From: Octopus sinensis
Lineage: Eukaryota
Assembly (NCBI RefSeq): GCF_006345805.1
Contig: NC_043018.1
Location: 26,226,001-26,290,000, forward strand
Length of the DNA stretch: 64,000 nt
Direction of reading: 5' to 3'
Made by a program: the position numbers and the translations under genes. Below the pieces are notes generated by a model that worked only from the letters and a program-made list of their open reading frames with translations, had not been told where the DNA came from and did no database searches. Below are positions 40,400-53,241 of the stretch, one piece after another (within the stretch, counting starts at the first letter, position 1; every line of letters begins with the position of its first letter).

Positions 40400-41110
40400 G
40401 TAAGCTATAATGGCTGTTTCTCGCTTTTTTGGTTTTTTTCAGTCAAACAGCTTGTCTGTTTTGACTAAGATGATCTAGAAATATTAATATAGACTAGCTT
40501 ATTCTGTTTTATCATATTTCATTCTCATCTATTCTATGGTTTATCAACCATTCAGCCAATATATACATCTATATATAAATATCTTGAATGATTAAATGAT
40601 ACAGAAACTTGAAGTGCTGTGTGCGAGTCTCCATAACTGTATCATTCAATAAATATTTCTTCTATTTCCAATGGTATTGAGATCAATCTCATGATTTGAC
40701 TATATATATATTATATTATTTAGGCTGATCAAATGGCCCAACACTCTGGAGCTTCTTCCCAGACATTTTTCTAGTTTCTTTCTCTCTGATACATACACAC
40801 ACCGTCACATAAATGTATGGCTCCTATTTCTTCACCATTCACACCATTTTCTCACTGCTCTTCTCCTCATAGTACCTCTACCCACTCAACATACCTTCTA
40901 GTCTTTTGCCTCTCTGGCCTACCTCAGGAACCCTCATATCTCAATTTCTTTCATTGAATCTATCAGGATTTCTTTCCACTAAATCTCGTGCTCCCTTCCA
41001 GCCCCTTTATTTTACACTTTCTGCCCATACACATCCTTATACAGTGCATCCTTTTCTCAATAATCCTTGCCACAAATCCTTTTCCTTTTGCTTCTTCCCT
41101 GCCATACATC

Positions 41111-41928
41111 CCACTGGACTTCACAGATGTTATAGCACTCACATCTAATGAAATAGATCAAATTCAACAGCTGTTCAACAGAGTAGAAGCATCAGCTGCC
41201 AAAACTGGACTGCACACAAATCTCAAGAAAATGAAAAATATATTCCATTTTCTTTCAACCAATCCATGTTATCCAAATTATTCCATGTCTTCCAACCAAC
41301 CAAGTGATGCTAAACTGTTTGCTTTGAGCAGTTCCAAATTGGATGTTTCTGAAGTCTTCAAGTATTTAGATGGTTGGGTGAGCAGACCGGAAGCAGACGT
41401 CAATATCAGGAAGGCACAAGCATGAACAACCTATCACAAATTAAAGAAGGTCTGGAACTCCAAGCGAATCAAAACCAAGCTGTTCGTTGCAACTGTTGAA
41501 TCAGTGTTATTATTATACGGCAGCGAGACATGGACACTGACAAGGAAATTATCAAACGGGCTAAATGGATGCTACACAAGGATTCTATGAATGGGTCTAA
41601 ATGTGAAATGACAGCAACATATGACAAGCAAATGCCTTTATGGAGACCTGCCAAGAGTTAGTGAGAAGATCAGGCAAAGACAATAGTGACTATTTGATCA
41701 TTGCGTGTGCCACCCTGATCTGGAAGCAGCCAAATTAGTCTTGTGGGTCCCAGTTCATGTTGGTGTCAGAAGAGGAAAACCTCATCACACTTTACATCGA
41801 CAATACGATCGCAGACACTGGCTTGGAATGCATCCAGGACATCAAGGCAGTGATGATGGACTGAGAAGTGTGGCAGGTGGACTTTGTTGCATGCAGCCTG
41901 AGTTGGAACCCAGCCATAATAATAATAA

Positions 41929-41974
<46 letters not shown>

Positions 41975-41976
41975 TA
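41111..41976 (+). mobile_element. 5'-truncated, decayed RTE-clade LINE (RT C-terminal region) with (AAT)n tail
   Basis: Translated motifs DFTDVIAL, GLHTN, FKYLDGW, LYGSETWTLT, GCYTRIL, LYGDLPRVSEKIRQR, KLVLWVP, RRGKP typical of RTE ORF ends; in-frame stops; (AAT)n at 41917-41976. Confidence 0.88.
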
Positions 41977-43344
41977 ATTCTTTTTATTGGCCACAAGGGC
42001 TGACAAACATGATTGGAAAACATAAAGGGACAAAACAGGACGAAAGGTTACAAAAGGTTTTGTCCGTTTTTCGAAAGAAAAATGTCCGTGTAAATAAGCT
42101 TTACAACAACGAAAAAAATCAACAATTTACAAAACTCCCAATAGAGGAGACGCTTCGAAAAAAGAAAAGGTCTCACGTGGAAGGTGAATGGCACATAATA
42201 ATAATAATAATAATAATACTTCCCAACCATCATATAGTGACTAATCTGCTATTCTGTTACTCTCTCCACCATTGCAGTTCATGCCTTGTTCTCCCTCATC
42301 TTCCTGCCTGGAGTCATTTCCCACACTTCTATTCTCCCTCAGTCATAGGTGCCACTTCAGGCTCTTAACTGTATAAGCTATGAAACGATCTTCACTAGAG
42401 CTGGTGTCACATAAAAGCACCCAGTACACTCGTTATAGTGGTTGATGTTAGAAGGAATATCCAGCAAATGAAACCAAGTCAAAGTAGACATTGGTGCATA
42501 AAGCTGTCCTCTGATTCATTAGATCCTGTTGAACAAGGATCTTATAAATCAGAGGTATGTGACCATGCAGGCATGGTCTCTCTTTCCCTCTCACATGATC
42601 TCTCATTCCCTCCCACCCTCTCTCTCTCTCTCTCTCATACACGAGAACTTTAATGAGTTTTCTTAGTCTGTATGGTTTTGCTAATTATTTTCCATAAATA
42701 ATTAGTAATATTTACTGTTTCCATGGAAACTTTAATCTTATGTAAAAGAATAATGGATGTAGCTTTTCGGTTAGTAGTTATTGATTCACAATAATAAATA
42801 ATTGTGTATAGTATTATGAATTGAAACGCCTGTATGAATTTGAACTGCTATAACTATATTATCAATGTACTTATAATGGTGATCCACAGCCGAACACCTT
42901 GAAACAGAAGCTTACTGATCTGTTTACATATGTACCTGATCAGTTACCTGTAATTTATCACATTTCCTTTGAACAGACTATTTACGAGAATTAAAACAGG
43001 AAAACCAGAAACTGAAGCCGAAATGACTAGCTACAAAAACATAATAGTGTCTCTTCATAGACAGAACTGTGATAATTTAAATTTCAGACATCATCATCAT
43101 CATCATCATACATCTGGTTTTTGTTTTCTATGCTGGCATAGGTTGGACAGGTCTTACAGCATTTTATCATTAATAAATGTCTCCATAACCAGATGATGAA
43201 GGATCTTGTCACAATCCTTCACCATCTAGTGCTCACAGCAACTAAGAAAGCTGGTTGTCTTTGTTGTGCTTTAGTATTTTTTTTTATACTTTCTACATTT
43301 TTCTTTTATTTTTCATTTTTCTGTCCTTCCCATTCACAATCACA

Positions 43345-43810
43345 TAAATATCATCATCATCATTTAAAGTCCGCTTTCCATGCTAGCATGGGTTGGACGG
43401 TTCAACTGGGGTCTGGGAAGCCAGAAGGCTGCACCAGGCCCAGTCTGATCTGGCAGTGTTTCTATGGCTGGATGCCCTTCCTAATGCCAACCACTCCGTG
43501 AGTGTAGTGGGTGCTTTTTACGTGCCACAGGCACAGGTGCCAGACGAGTCTGGCAAACGGACACGATCGGATGGTGCTTTTTATGTGCCACCGGCATGGA
43601 GGCCAGTCGGGGCGGCATTGGCAACGGCATGTTCGGATGGTTGTCTTACGTGCCACCGGCACTGGTATCACAGCTACAATTTCCATTGATGCTGATCGAT
43701 TTTGATTTTGATTTTGATTTTCACTTGCCTCAACAGATCTTCACAAGTAGAGTTTTGTGTCCCAAGAAGGAAATGTATGCATAAGTGGACTGGCTACATC
43801 CCAGGTAGAG
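43345..43810 (-). mobile_element. Retroposon family B with about three internal units
   Basis: Same motifs as 20385-21210. Confidence 0.85.
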
Positions 43811-45579
43811 GCCACGGGTTATGGTCTCACTTGTCCTGCCAGGTCTTAAATTTAATAAATCTTGTTTTAGCCAATGAATATGCAATAGTTAATATATTTG
43901 ATACAGGACACATTGAAAATCTAATTAGAAATAATTATTCCATGAAGAAAGAACAAGGTCAAGTCACATGTCACTTTTTTCCTTTGCTGGATCCGTTGTA
44001 CTTTACAATTGTTAGTTGAAGTCTGAACTGCTGTAAACTCAAAAAGTATTGTGGACATAAAAATTTGGCATTTATGATCCACCTTGGATGCCACACTTCA
44101 TGTCCACTGTTTTTTTCTTGGCCTTCTTTTTTACCAGGAGACATCTTGCTCTCCATATTTGTCATTTATTGCAATCCTTCTCATTTCATTGTTGGTTCTG
44201 TGACACTCTAACAATATTACGAAATGCTTAGTGGTATTTCGTCTGTCTTTACGTTCTGAGTTCAAATTCTGCCTTTCATCCTCTTGGACTCGATTAAATA
44301 AGTAGCAGTTATGCACTGGGATCAATGTAATCAACTTAATCCCTTTGTCTGTCCTTGTTTGTCCCCTCTATGTTTAGCTCCCCTCTATGTTTAGCTGGGG
44401 GGAAATAAATAAATAAATAAATATTACTGGAATAACATATTTACTTACAGGAGAATCTCTGAATCTATGCTACCAATTTATCAATTATTGGAATTTTACC
44501 CTGTATCTTTTGCTTTGTTATCTATTTAACTCTTTAATAAAAGAATCTATTATTTTGTTATTTAAAAACCATTTTAAATAACTACACTTTGATGCCTCTA
44601 TCACTCTCTCTCTCTCTCTCTCTCTCTCTCCCCCTCTCATCTAATTATACTTATTTCTGCCATCAACGTAACTTTTTCCATGCTTCTATATATAAACCAG
44701 AGCCACTTATCTATTTTATTATTTAACACATATGCTTTTATAATTCATTTTAGGCTATAGGTACAGGCATGGCTCTGTGGTTGAGAAGTTTGCTTCTTGG
44801 CTATATGGTTCTAGGTTCAGTTGCACTGTTTGTCATCGTGAGCAAGTGTTTTCTGTTATAGCTCTGGGCCAACCAAAGCCTTGTGAACGAATTTGGTGAA
44901 AAGAAACTGAAGGAAGCTCATCATACATATGCATTTATATCTGTTTGTATTAGAGTCTCCTTGTTTTGACACCATGCAATAGTTGTAAATAAGTGTAACC
45001 ATCATACAAGTAATGTCATTCATTTCTGATGTAAGGACAAATAAAATGGCGCTATGCATTTTGTCTGGTGTGCTAAAAATTTTGCCAGCTTGCTGCCTTA
45101 TGCAACATTTTAATAACCCTTTCTACTACGGGCACAAGACCTAAAAATTCAGGGGAGGGGACTAGTTAATTACATTGACCCCAGTGTTCAAGTGGTACTT
45201 ATTTTAATGACCCCGTGAGGATGGAAGGCTAAGTAGACATCAGGAGAATTTGAACTCAGAGTGTAAAAACGGACGAAATGCTGCTAATGATCTTTCCTGG
45301 TGTTTTAATGATTCTGCCCAATCACCACCTTTAAACTTCATCATTAATAATGCAACAAATTAAAAAGAACAATGATGGCCAGTTCACACTACATTTATTT
45401 GAGCTATGAATTTTTCCCCTGGAAAGACTTGGAAGAAATAACCTATTAACCTATATTACAAACCTCTTTAGATTTCTTAAAGTAATTTCCATTCATGATG
45501 TGAATTTTAATCATTTTGTGACTCATTTCCAGCTTGTGTTCTCAGCTCCAACTCGCAACAAACAACTCTTCACAAGTTA

Positions 45580-45972
45580 TTCTGTTTATTTTGCTATTTT
45601 GCTCATTCTTTTGAGATTAGGGTTTGAAAAATAAACTCTTGATAAACCGAGAGTGAGAAACTGCCAGGAATCACAGTCGAGGCTATTCTTAATTCTTTTC
45701 CAAATATTCATAGGTATCATTCTGTCTAAATATTTTGCTACGGGTGTGTGCAGAAATTTGCATTGTGTGCAAATTTCACTTTTCTTTTCACAAATTATGT
45801 GTGCATCCATGCAAGTAACCATTGCTCAAATTTCTTCAATTAAAATTTCAAAAAAAAAAATTCAATCTCATCTTCAAAATCTGGAAACCTTGTGTGTACA
45901 TGCATTCCCACTCTTTTCCTAATTGTAAAATATGTGTGCGCATGCACAAATGCACAGCTTAGAGAAAACGGT
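45580..45972. mobile_element. Possible hAT-like DNA transposon remnant
   Basis: End gcgcatgcacaaatgcacagcttagagaaaacggtg resembles the reverse complement of CAGTGTTCCCTCTAAGCTGCGC-type TIRs (from memory); no partner TIR found. Confidence 0.3.
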
Positions 45973-46164
45973 GTTCACAGCAAAGAAATAATTGTTAGGA
46001 TTTTCAAGTTCTTCTTCCATAAATTTGAGACTGATGTTGTTTTGTCCATATCAGGTCAATGACCTCCTAAGGTCAATCCCCCCCCCACTGACGACAACTA
46101 CCCCCTAAGACAATTACCCACTTTGGTTAATTACCCCCTCTCTTGTTTGTTCCTTCTCGAGCCA

Positions 46165-46443
46165 TGCCTGGCTCATAAGGGCCGGTTTCCCGGTTTCTTT
46201 GGAGTATAGGTTCCCCACCTGGACTGGACGCCAGTCCGTTGCAGGTGAGCTGCAAGATGCAGGAGGAAAGAGTGAGAGAAAGTTGTGGCGAAAGAGTCAG
46301 CAGAAGTTCACCATTACCTTCTGCTGGAGCCGCATGGAGCTTAGGTGTTTCGCTCATAAACGCACACATTGCCCGGTCTGAGATCCGAACCCGCAAACCC
46401 TCAACCGAGAATCCGCTGCTCTAACCACTAGGCCATGAGCCTC
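46165..46443 (-). mobile_element. Full-length tRNA-derived SINE family E
   Basis: Reverse complement begins ggaggctcatggcctagtggttagagcagcgg; tail shared with 27250-27490, 27650-27875 and 62315-62550. Confidence 0.85.
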
Positions 46444-46684
46444 CTCTCTCAATATATTAAGAAGTTTTAAATCATCCTCTGTTATTCTCAGTGGCAATTG
46501 TCCTTGGGAGGTTATTGTCCATGGGGGGTAGGGGCTAAATGTCCTAGACTCATTTTGTCAGGTGAAAACCATCTTTTTATAGATATCGTGGACAACATTG
46601 TCCTATGGGTCCTTTACTCCCCCAGCCAAGATTACTTGACTGCTATTTCTAGCTGCTCCCTTAGTTACAAATCATCATTTGTTT

Positions 46685-46910
46685 CTGGCAGAAACGTTAG
46701 CACACCAGGCAAAATGCATAACCGTATTTCGTCTGCCGTTAGGTTCTGAGTTCAAATTCCGCCAAGGTCGACTTTGCCTTTCATCCTTTCGAGGTCGATA
46801 AATTAAGTACCAGTTATGCACTGGGGTAGATGTAATCGACTTAATACCTATGTCTGTCCTTGTTTGTCCTCTCTGTGTTTAGCCCTTTGTAGGTGGGTAG
46901 TAAAGAAATA
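46685..46910 (+). mobile_element. SINE family A with 9-bp TSD catttgttt
   Basis: TSD at 46676-46684 and 46911-46919. Confidence 0.9.
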
Positions 46911-47002
46911 CATTTGTTTTCTTTAATTATCTAAGACAGTCAGGTCGTGAGCTGGCAGAACCATTTGTTTCTGTTGCCGATTTGGATTCCCACCCACAAT
47001 AC

Positions 47003-47227
47003 CTATTTCTTTATTACCCACAAGGGGCTAAACACAGAGGGGACAAACAAGGACAGACATAGGTATTAAGTGGATTACATCGACCCCGGTGCATAACTGG
47101 TACTTAATTTATCGACCCCGAAAGGATTAAAAGGCAAAGTCGACCTCAACGGAACTTGAACTCACAACGTAATGCAGACGAAACACCGCTAAGCATTTCG
47201 CCTGGCGTGCTAACGTTTCTGCCAGCT
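47003..47227 (-). mobile_element. SINE family A with 8-bp TSD cacaatac
   Basis: TSD at 46995-47002 and 47228-47235. Confidence 0.9.
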
Positions 47228-47363
47228 CACAATACATGTTCCATAAAGCCCAAGATGACAATAGTATGTTTCCTACGGATTGTGTAAACGAGCGATATTG
47301 TCACTCTCCAAATTCACCTACTATTTCTTAAGATGGCAAACATCGACAAGAAACTGTACTGCA

Positions 47364-47613
47364 TGTTGTTTGTTGTTGTTGTTGTGCATAAACATTTTCA
47401 TTCTCGTGATAATCAAATTGCAAAATTTTATTTTTGATAAAGCCTGCGCTACTCTAAATGTGCAATGAGACTTCGATGTGTGTCTGCTCGATGTAAAATG
47501 TATTCAAATCCATTATCTGTTGCCGTTCATGATCGTGACTAAAAAGAACGCTGTAGATGAACATGTGTGTATATTAATCTAAATGTATGAGTGTGTGCAC
47601 GTGTGTCTATGTG

Positions 47614-47644
<31 letters not shown>

Positions 47645-47863
47645 TTATACATATATATATGTACATATACACACATATATATATATTATATATATATATA
47701 TATGTGTGTGTATACATATATCTATATACACATATATATGTATACATATATCTATATACCCATATATATGTATATATGTATACATACATATATGTATATG
47801 TATATATATATATGTATACATATATCTATATACACATATATATGTATATATATATATATATAT

Positions 47864-47894
<31 letters not shown>

Positions 47895-48077
47895 CATATG
47901 TATATATATATGTATGTACATATATATCACTCTAAAGGTATGAGTGTGTGTTGTATATATATATGTGTATACATATATTAATAAGCATGTATATGTATTA
48001 GTATGCATATGTATGTGTCTCTATATATATATATATATATATATATACGTATATATATATAAATATATGTATATATG

Positions 48078-48113
<36 letters not shown>

Positions 48114-48801
48114 ATATACGTATATATATATAATATATGGTATATATGGATGTAATATATATATATATATTATATATATATATATATATACGTATATAAT
48201 ATAAATATATATGTATATATGGATGTAATATATATATTATATATATTTATGTATGTATGCATTTATGCACACATACATTCATACACTATATGGCAGATAT
48301 TTTAAGATTTCATTTTATCACTGTTTAGAAAGAGGAGATGTGGGAAGGGTGGGGAGTGCACCTGTAGTTTTTTTTTGTTTTTTTTACATTTTATTATTCT
48401 TAAGGGCTTTTCATGACTGATAGGGTTTGAAATAAAAGTAAGCCAACTACTAACTATGCCCTTGGATTCTCATCACAGAGTTGGGCCCCAAACTTTTTGA
48501 ATTGCGCAACAAAATTCCTACCACCTGGGCAGAATTGCACCCATGCTAACATGCCAGAATGTGCATTAAAGTGATGTTGTTGTTGATGATGACAATGATG
48601 ATAATGATGGTGTATATATTTTAAGAGATCAATATTTTGCTATCAGAGTGAAACAAAATATTGCATAGATTGCTACCATGACAGCAAAGATGATGTGAGA
48701 GTGTTGCATTTGGGTTTTTGTTTTATTATGTAAAAGAAAAAAAATGGAAAAGAATTAGTGTGTGTATACATATATATATATATATACACACATATATATA
48801 T

Positions 48802-48836
<35 letters not shown>

Positions 48837-48880
48837 CATACATACATATATATATAATATATATATTATATATATATATT

Positions 48881-48915
<35 letters not shown>

Positions 48916-49278
48916 AATGTTTTTTTTGTTGTAGTTGTTGAACATTTTTAGTATTTTAGCAAATAAATGTGAAAAGAAAATGTAGTGAAAACAACCAAGA
49001 TGAAGCAAATTGTGTAGTTAAGCTTCAAAAATATAGTTATTTTAACATCTCTAAAAAAATGTCTTGCAGTAATGTAGAAGCGTGCTTTTGATATCGAGCA
49101 AGAGCAAATTTTTTTCTTTATGTGTATGTCTATATCTATCTCTCTCTCTCTCTCTCTGTATGTATATATATATACACACTTATATGTGGTTGTGTATGTA
49201 TGTAAATATATATGTGTGTGTGTATATATATATATATAGATATAAATATATACATACCTATATCTATCTATCTATCTA

Positions 49279-49317
<39 letters not shown>

Positions 49318-49665
49318 AATATATATACATATATACACTTATATATGGTTGTGTATGTATGTGAATATATATATGTGTGTGTGTATATATATATATAGAT
49401 ATAAATATATACATACATATATATGTGAGTGTGTATATATATAAATATGTGTGTGTGTGTGTTCTTTTTAATCATGATCATGAATGGTAACTGATAATGG
49501 TTTTGAATACGTTTTATACTGAGCAGACACACATCGAAGTCTCATTGCACATTAAGAGTAGTGTCGGATTTATCAAAAATAAAATTTTGCAATTTGATTA
49601 TCACGAGAATGAAAATGTTTATGCACAACAACAGCATCAACAGCAACAACAACAACAACAACAAC
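47364..49665. repeat. Inverted repeat pair (arms 47364-47549 and 49461-~49665) enclosing microsatellite-rich DNA
   Basis: tgttgtgcataaacattttcattctcgtgataatcaaattgcaaaattttatttttgataaa has an exact reverse complement in the right arm; homology extends about 185 nt. Confidence 0.9.
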
Positions 49666-50139
49666 AACTGCTTCTTCCTCTCGAGGTTTTGCCAGTCTAA
49701 GAAACAGTAGGTGAGCGAAGTCGGTATGTGACAATACTCTGCAATTACACAATTTAAAGGAAGCACACTATTCGTGTCTCGGGTTTATGAAATATGTATT
49801 CCAAGCGAGTGGAAAGCAAAAATAACAAAACCAAAAAAATGTCTTCGATTTTCTTTTTGATTATCTGAGATAGTTGAGAGATGGTCCAAGATTTCCTAAT
49901 GGCTATTGGCAGTGAGCTCTTTATTTTGGAAATAAGTGCCAGTGAGGTACTGGGATTGGTGTTCTGTTGTGTGCACCACTTCCTTTCAAGAAGGAAATTC
50001 TGGTTTTAGTTGAAAGGAAGCTATTATCACCATCACACATGCTTAAATATATGTGTGTGTGTGTGTATAAATATATATATGTATACATACACTTTCTCTT
50101 AGCTGAACAAGGCATTATTACTTGTTGAAGATCATATCA

Positions 50140-50183
50140 AGTATATATATATATATATATATATAACACATTGATATATCATT

Positions 50184-50220
<37 letters not shown>

Positions 50221-50314
50221 ATATATATATATATATATATAAAAAGATATGTATGTATATATATATCAATATATCATATCGTTTAGCATCCATTTTCCAT
50301 GCTAGCATGGGTTG

Positions 50315-50354
<40 letters not shown>

Positions 50355-50358
50355 TATG

Positions 50359-50391
<33 letters not shown>

Positions 50392-50574
50392 TGTATGTAT
50401 ATATAATATATATATGTATATTATATATATATATATATATAATATATATAGTATATATTATATATATATATATATATATTATGTATATATGTATATAATA
50501 TATTATATATATATATATATATGTATGTATATATGTATATATATATAATATATAATATATATGTATGTATATAT

Positions 50575-50629
<55 letters not shown>

Positions 50630-50716
50630 TATATATATGTATGTATATATATATATATATAATATATATGTATGTATATATATATAATATATATATATAT
50701 ATATGTAATATATATG

Positions 50717-50752
<36 letters not shown>

Positions 50753-50969
50753 GTATGTATATGTATATATATGTATGTAATATATATATATATATATATA
50801 TTATATATGTATGTATATATTATAATATAATATATATATATATGTATGTATAATATATATATATGTATGTATATATATATATATGTATGTATAATATATA
50901 TATATATATATATGTATGTATATAATATATATATATATGTATGTATATATATATATATATATATGTATG

Positions 50970-51002
<33 letters not shown>

Positions 51003-51135
51003 ATATATATATATATATATGTATGTATATATATATATATATTATATATGTATGTATATATATATGTATGTATATATTATATATATAATATATATATATA
51101 TAGTATATATATATGTGTGTGTGTTGTGTGTGTAT
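50140..51135. repeat. ~1-kb (AT)n-dominated microsatellite
   Basis: Direct inspection. Confidence 0.95.
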
Positions 51136-52349
51136 ATGGAAAAAGTCAAGGTAGAAAATGCTTAAAGTAATTTTATAAAAAACATTTCAGTAGCGGTTTC
51201 AGTCATTGAGACTATTTCAACTGTAAGCATGGAAAACAATTAAATTTTGGAAGAATTAAAAGAGAAGTTTTTTAAAAGAATATTTACATAGTATTCAAAT
51301 ACAAGGGGCATTTTCCTTGTTTCTGCCTGTCTCTGCCCCTCTTGTTTACTCTTGTGAGTTCCTGTATTTTCAAAACGTAACCACATGTGAATCGTTGGCA
51401 ATTTTCTTCCTCTATCTTCCCTTCTATTGGATTTTCCTCTGCTTCTGAAGAAGAGCATCTGCTCAAAATGTTAAGCCATTCTTTGGCTTTAGGAAAGGCA
51501 TCCTTTGGCTTTAGGATGGCTGTCCAGTTGTAGAAACCATGCCAAAGCAGGCATTAGAGTTTGGTGCAGTCTTCTGGGTTGCCAGCTGCTGTTGAATTGT
51601 CCAGCCTATACCAGCATGGAAAACTATTTCAAAACACCCTCCCTCTGCCACTGCAAATTAGGTCACCTGTGTAACAGAAACCATTAATTATTTCTGAGGA
51701 GCCCTCTCCATTGAACTAATTGCTAATTCTCATTATTTTATAAAATCTCTGTAAATTTTTCATTTTTGTCCCAAACAAGCCTTCAGGTCACTGTAGTGTA
51801 AGGAATTACAAAGAAGTAAAAAAAGATGGTTATTCAATTCAAAAGATGTTGATTGACAGAAAGCTTATAGAACTTATTATAGACCAAAGGAAAACAAGGC
51901 AATGCTAGTGAGTGCCAGAGAGCAGCAGTTCAAGGGAAAGAAGCTATTTGAATAAAAAGACTAACAGGAAGTTCAATAAAGAAATGATACACCTGGGAAG
52001 AGAAGCTGGTGTCATGTTTAAAGGTCTTGACAGTGGGTGCTTGACCAGAAAGTTCCTCAGACCAATAACTTCAGAAATATATCTTTGAGATCAACAGATT
52101 ACAGGAGTATGGTAGTCTGTCAGAAGTTTACTCCAGATCAGCAAATTATAATGACTTGCTCTTTAGAACTTCTTTCATACTTTGCCTTGACACTAACTCA
52201 AACCACTCCTTAGATGAGCTAATTTCTTCCTGTTTAGTTGCACTATAACTCTTTCTGGTCGGCTTCTGTCAAACTGTCCAATCCATGCCATTATAGAAAA
52301 TGGACATTAAGTGTATGTGTATATATATTTATAGAGAGAGAGCAGCTGT

Positions 52350-52449
52350 NNNNNNNNNNNNNNNNNNNNNNNNNNNNNNNNNNNNNNNNNNNNNNNNNNN
52401 NNNNNNNNNNNNNNNNNNNNNNNNNNNNNNNNNNNNNNNNNNNNNNNNN
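52350..52449. other. Assembly gap (100 N; true size unknown)
   Basis: Run of n characters. Confidence 1.
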
Positions 52450-52954
52450 AGATATACATATATATTATATATATATATAGATATACATATATATATATAT
52501 ATATATTATAGATATACATATATATATAGATATACATATATATATATATATATATACATACATACACATATAATATATATGTATATAAACACACATATAT
52601 ACACATGCACGCACACACACACCACATGTATTTACACATCCACAAACCTCGAGCTCCGAAAAAGGGAATCAAGGAATATCAAAATTTGAAAACCTGTCCA
52701 ACCTATCGACCTTATTCTAATACTGAATACTGTCAGTCATTACATAATTGCTATAACCATTTGAAGTATCTTGTCACAGTAAATCCTTATAAAAATATAA
52801 AACACTCTTTCCACACTTCACATGTAGTTTCATGCATCTTCCACTTAGGTCCTATGTGACATTTGTGTTCACCTAGATATCTGCATGCAATATGCAAGTA
52901 TAACACTCTGATTATGATATTCCCCTCTAGTAACTCTTTGTGGTTTCTCTTGTC

Positions 52955-53044
<90 letters not shown>

Positions 53045-53046
53045 TA

Positions 53047-53080
<34 letters not shown>

Positions 53081-53229
53081 CTCATTGATTAAACCGTCAT
53101 TTCAGTTTTTGTTTTGATGGATTATTTCCAAAATTCCATTTTCCTTTTTTTTTTCTTTGTCTTTTTCTTTTTTTTCTTTTTTATTTTTGTATATGTACGT
53201 TTATTATTGCTAACATTCTTTTCTGCTAG

Positions 53230-53241
53230 TGATTGATATAT
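53230..53241 (+). CDS. Candidate 12-nt microexon (L/M)IDI(S), phase 1-1
   Basis: Branch-like TGCTAAC (53208-53214) + attcttttctgctag|TGATTGATATAT|gttaga. Donor is non-consensus; ends in T so the SGMSEDSD junction is kept. Confidence 0.3.

Noticed and set aside
49696-49710. 15-nt ag|...|gtgagc microexon-like motif
   Set aside because: Contains TAA in the phase-1 frame required here and abuts a repeat arm.
51787-51797. 11-nt cag|GTCACTGTAGT|gtaagg motif
   Set aside because: Not frame-preserving, with a weak tract and no supporting evidence.
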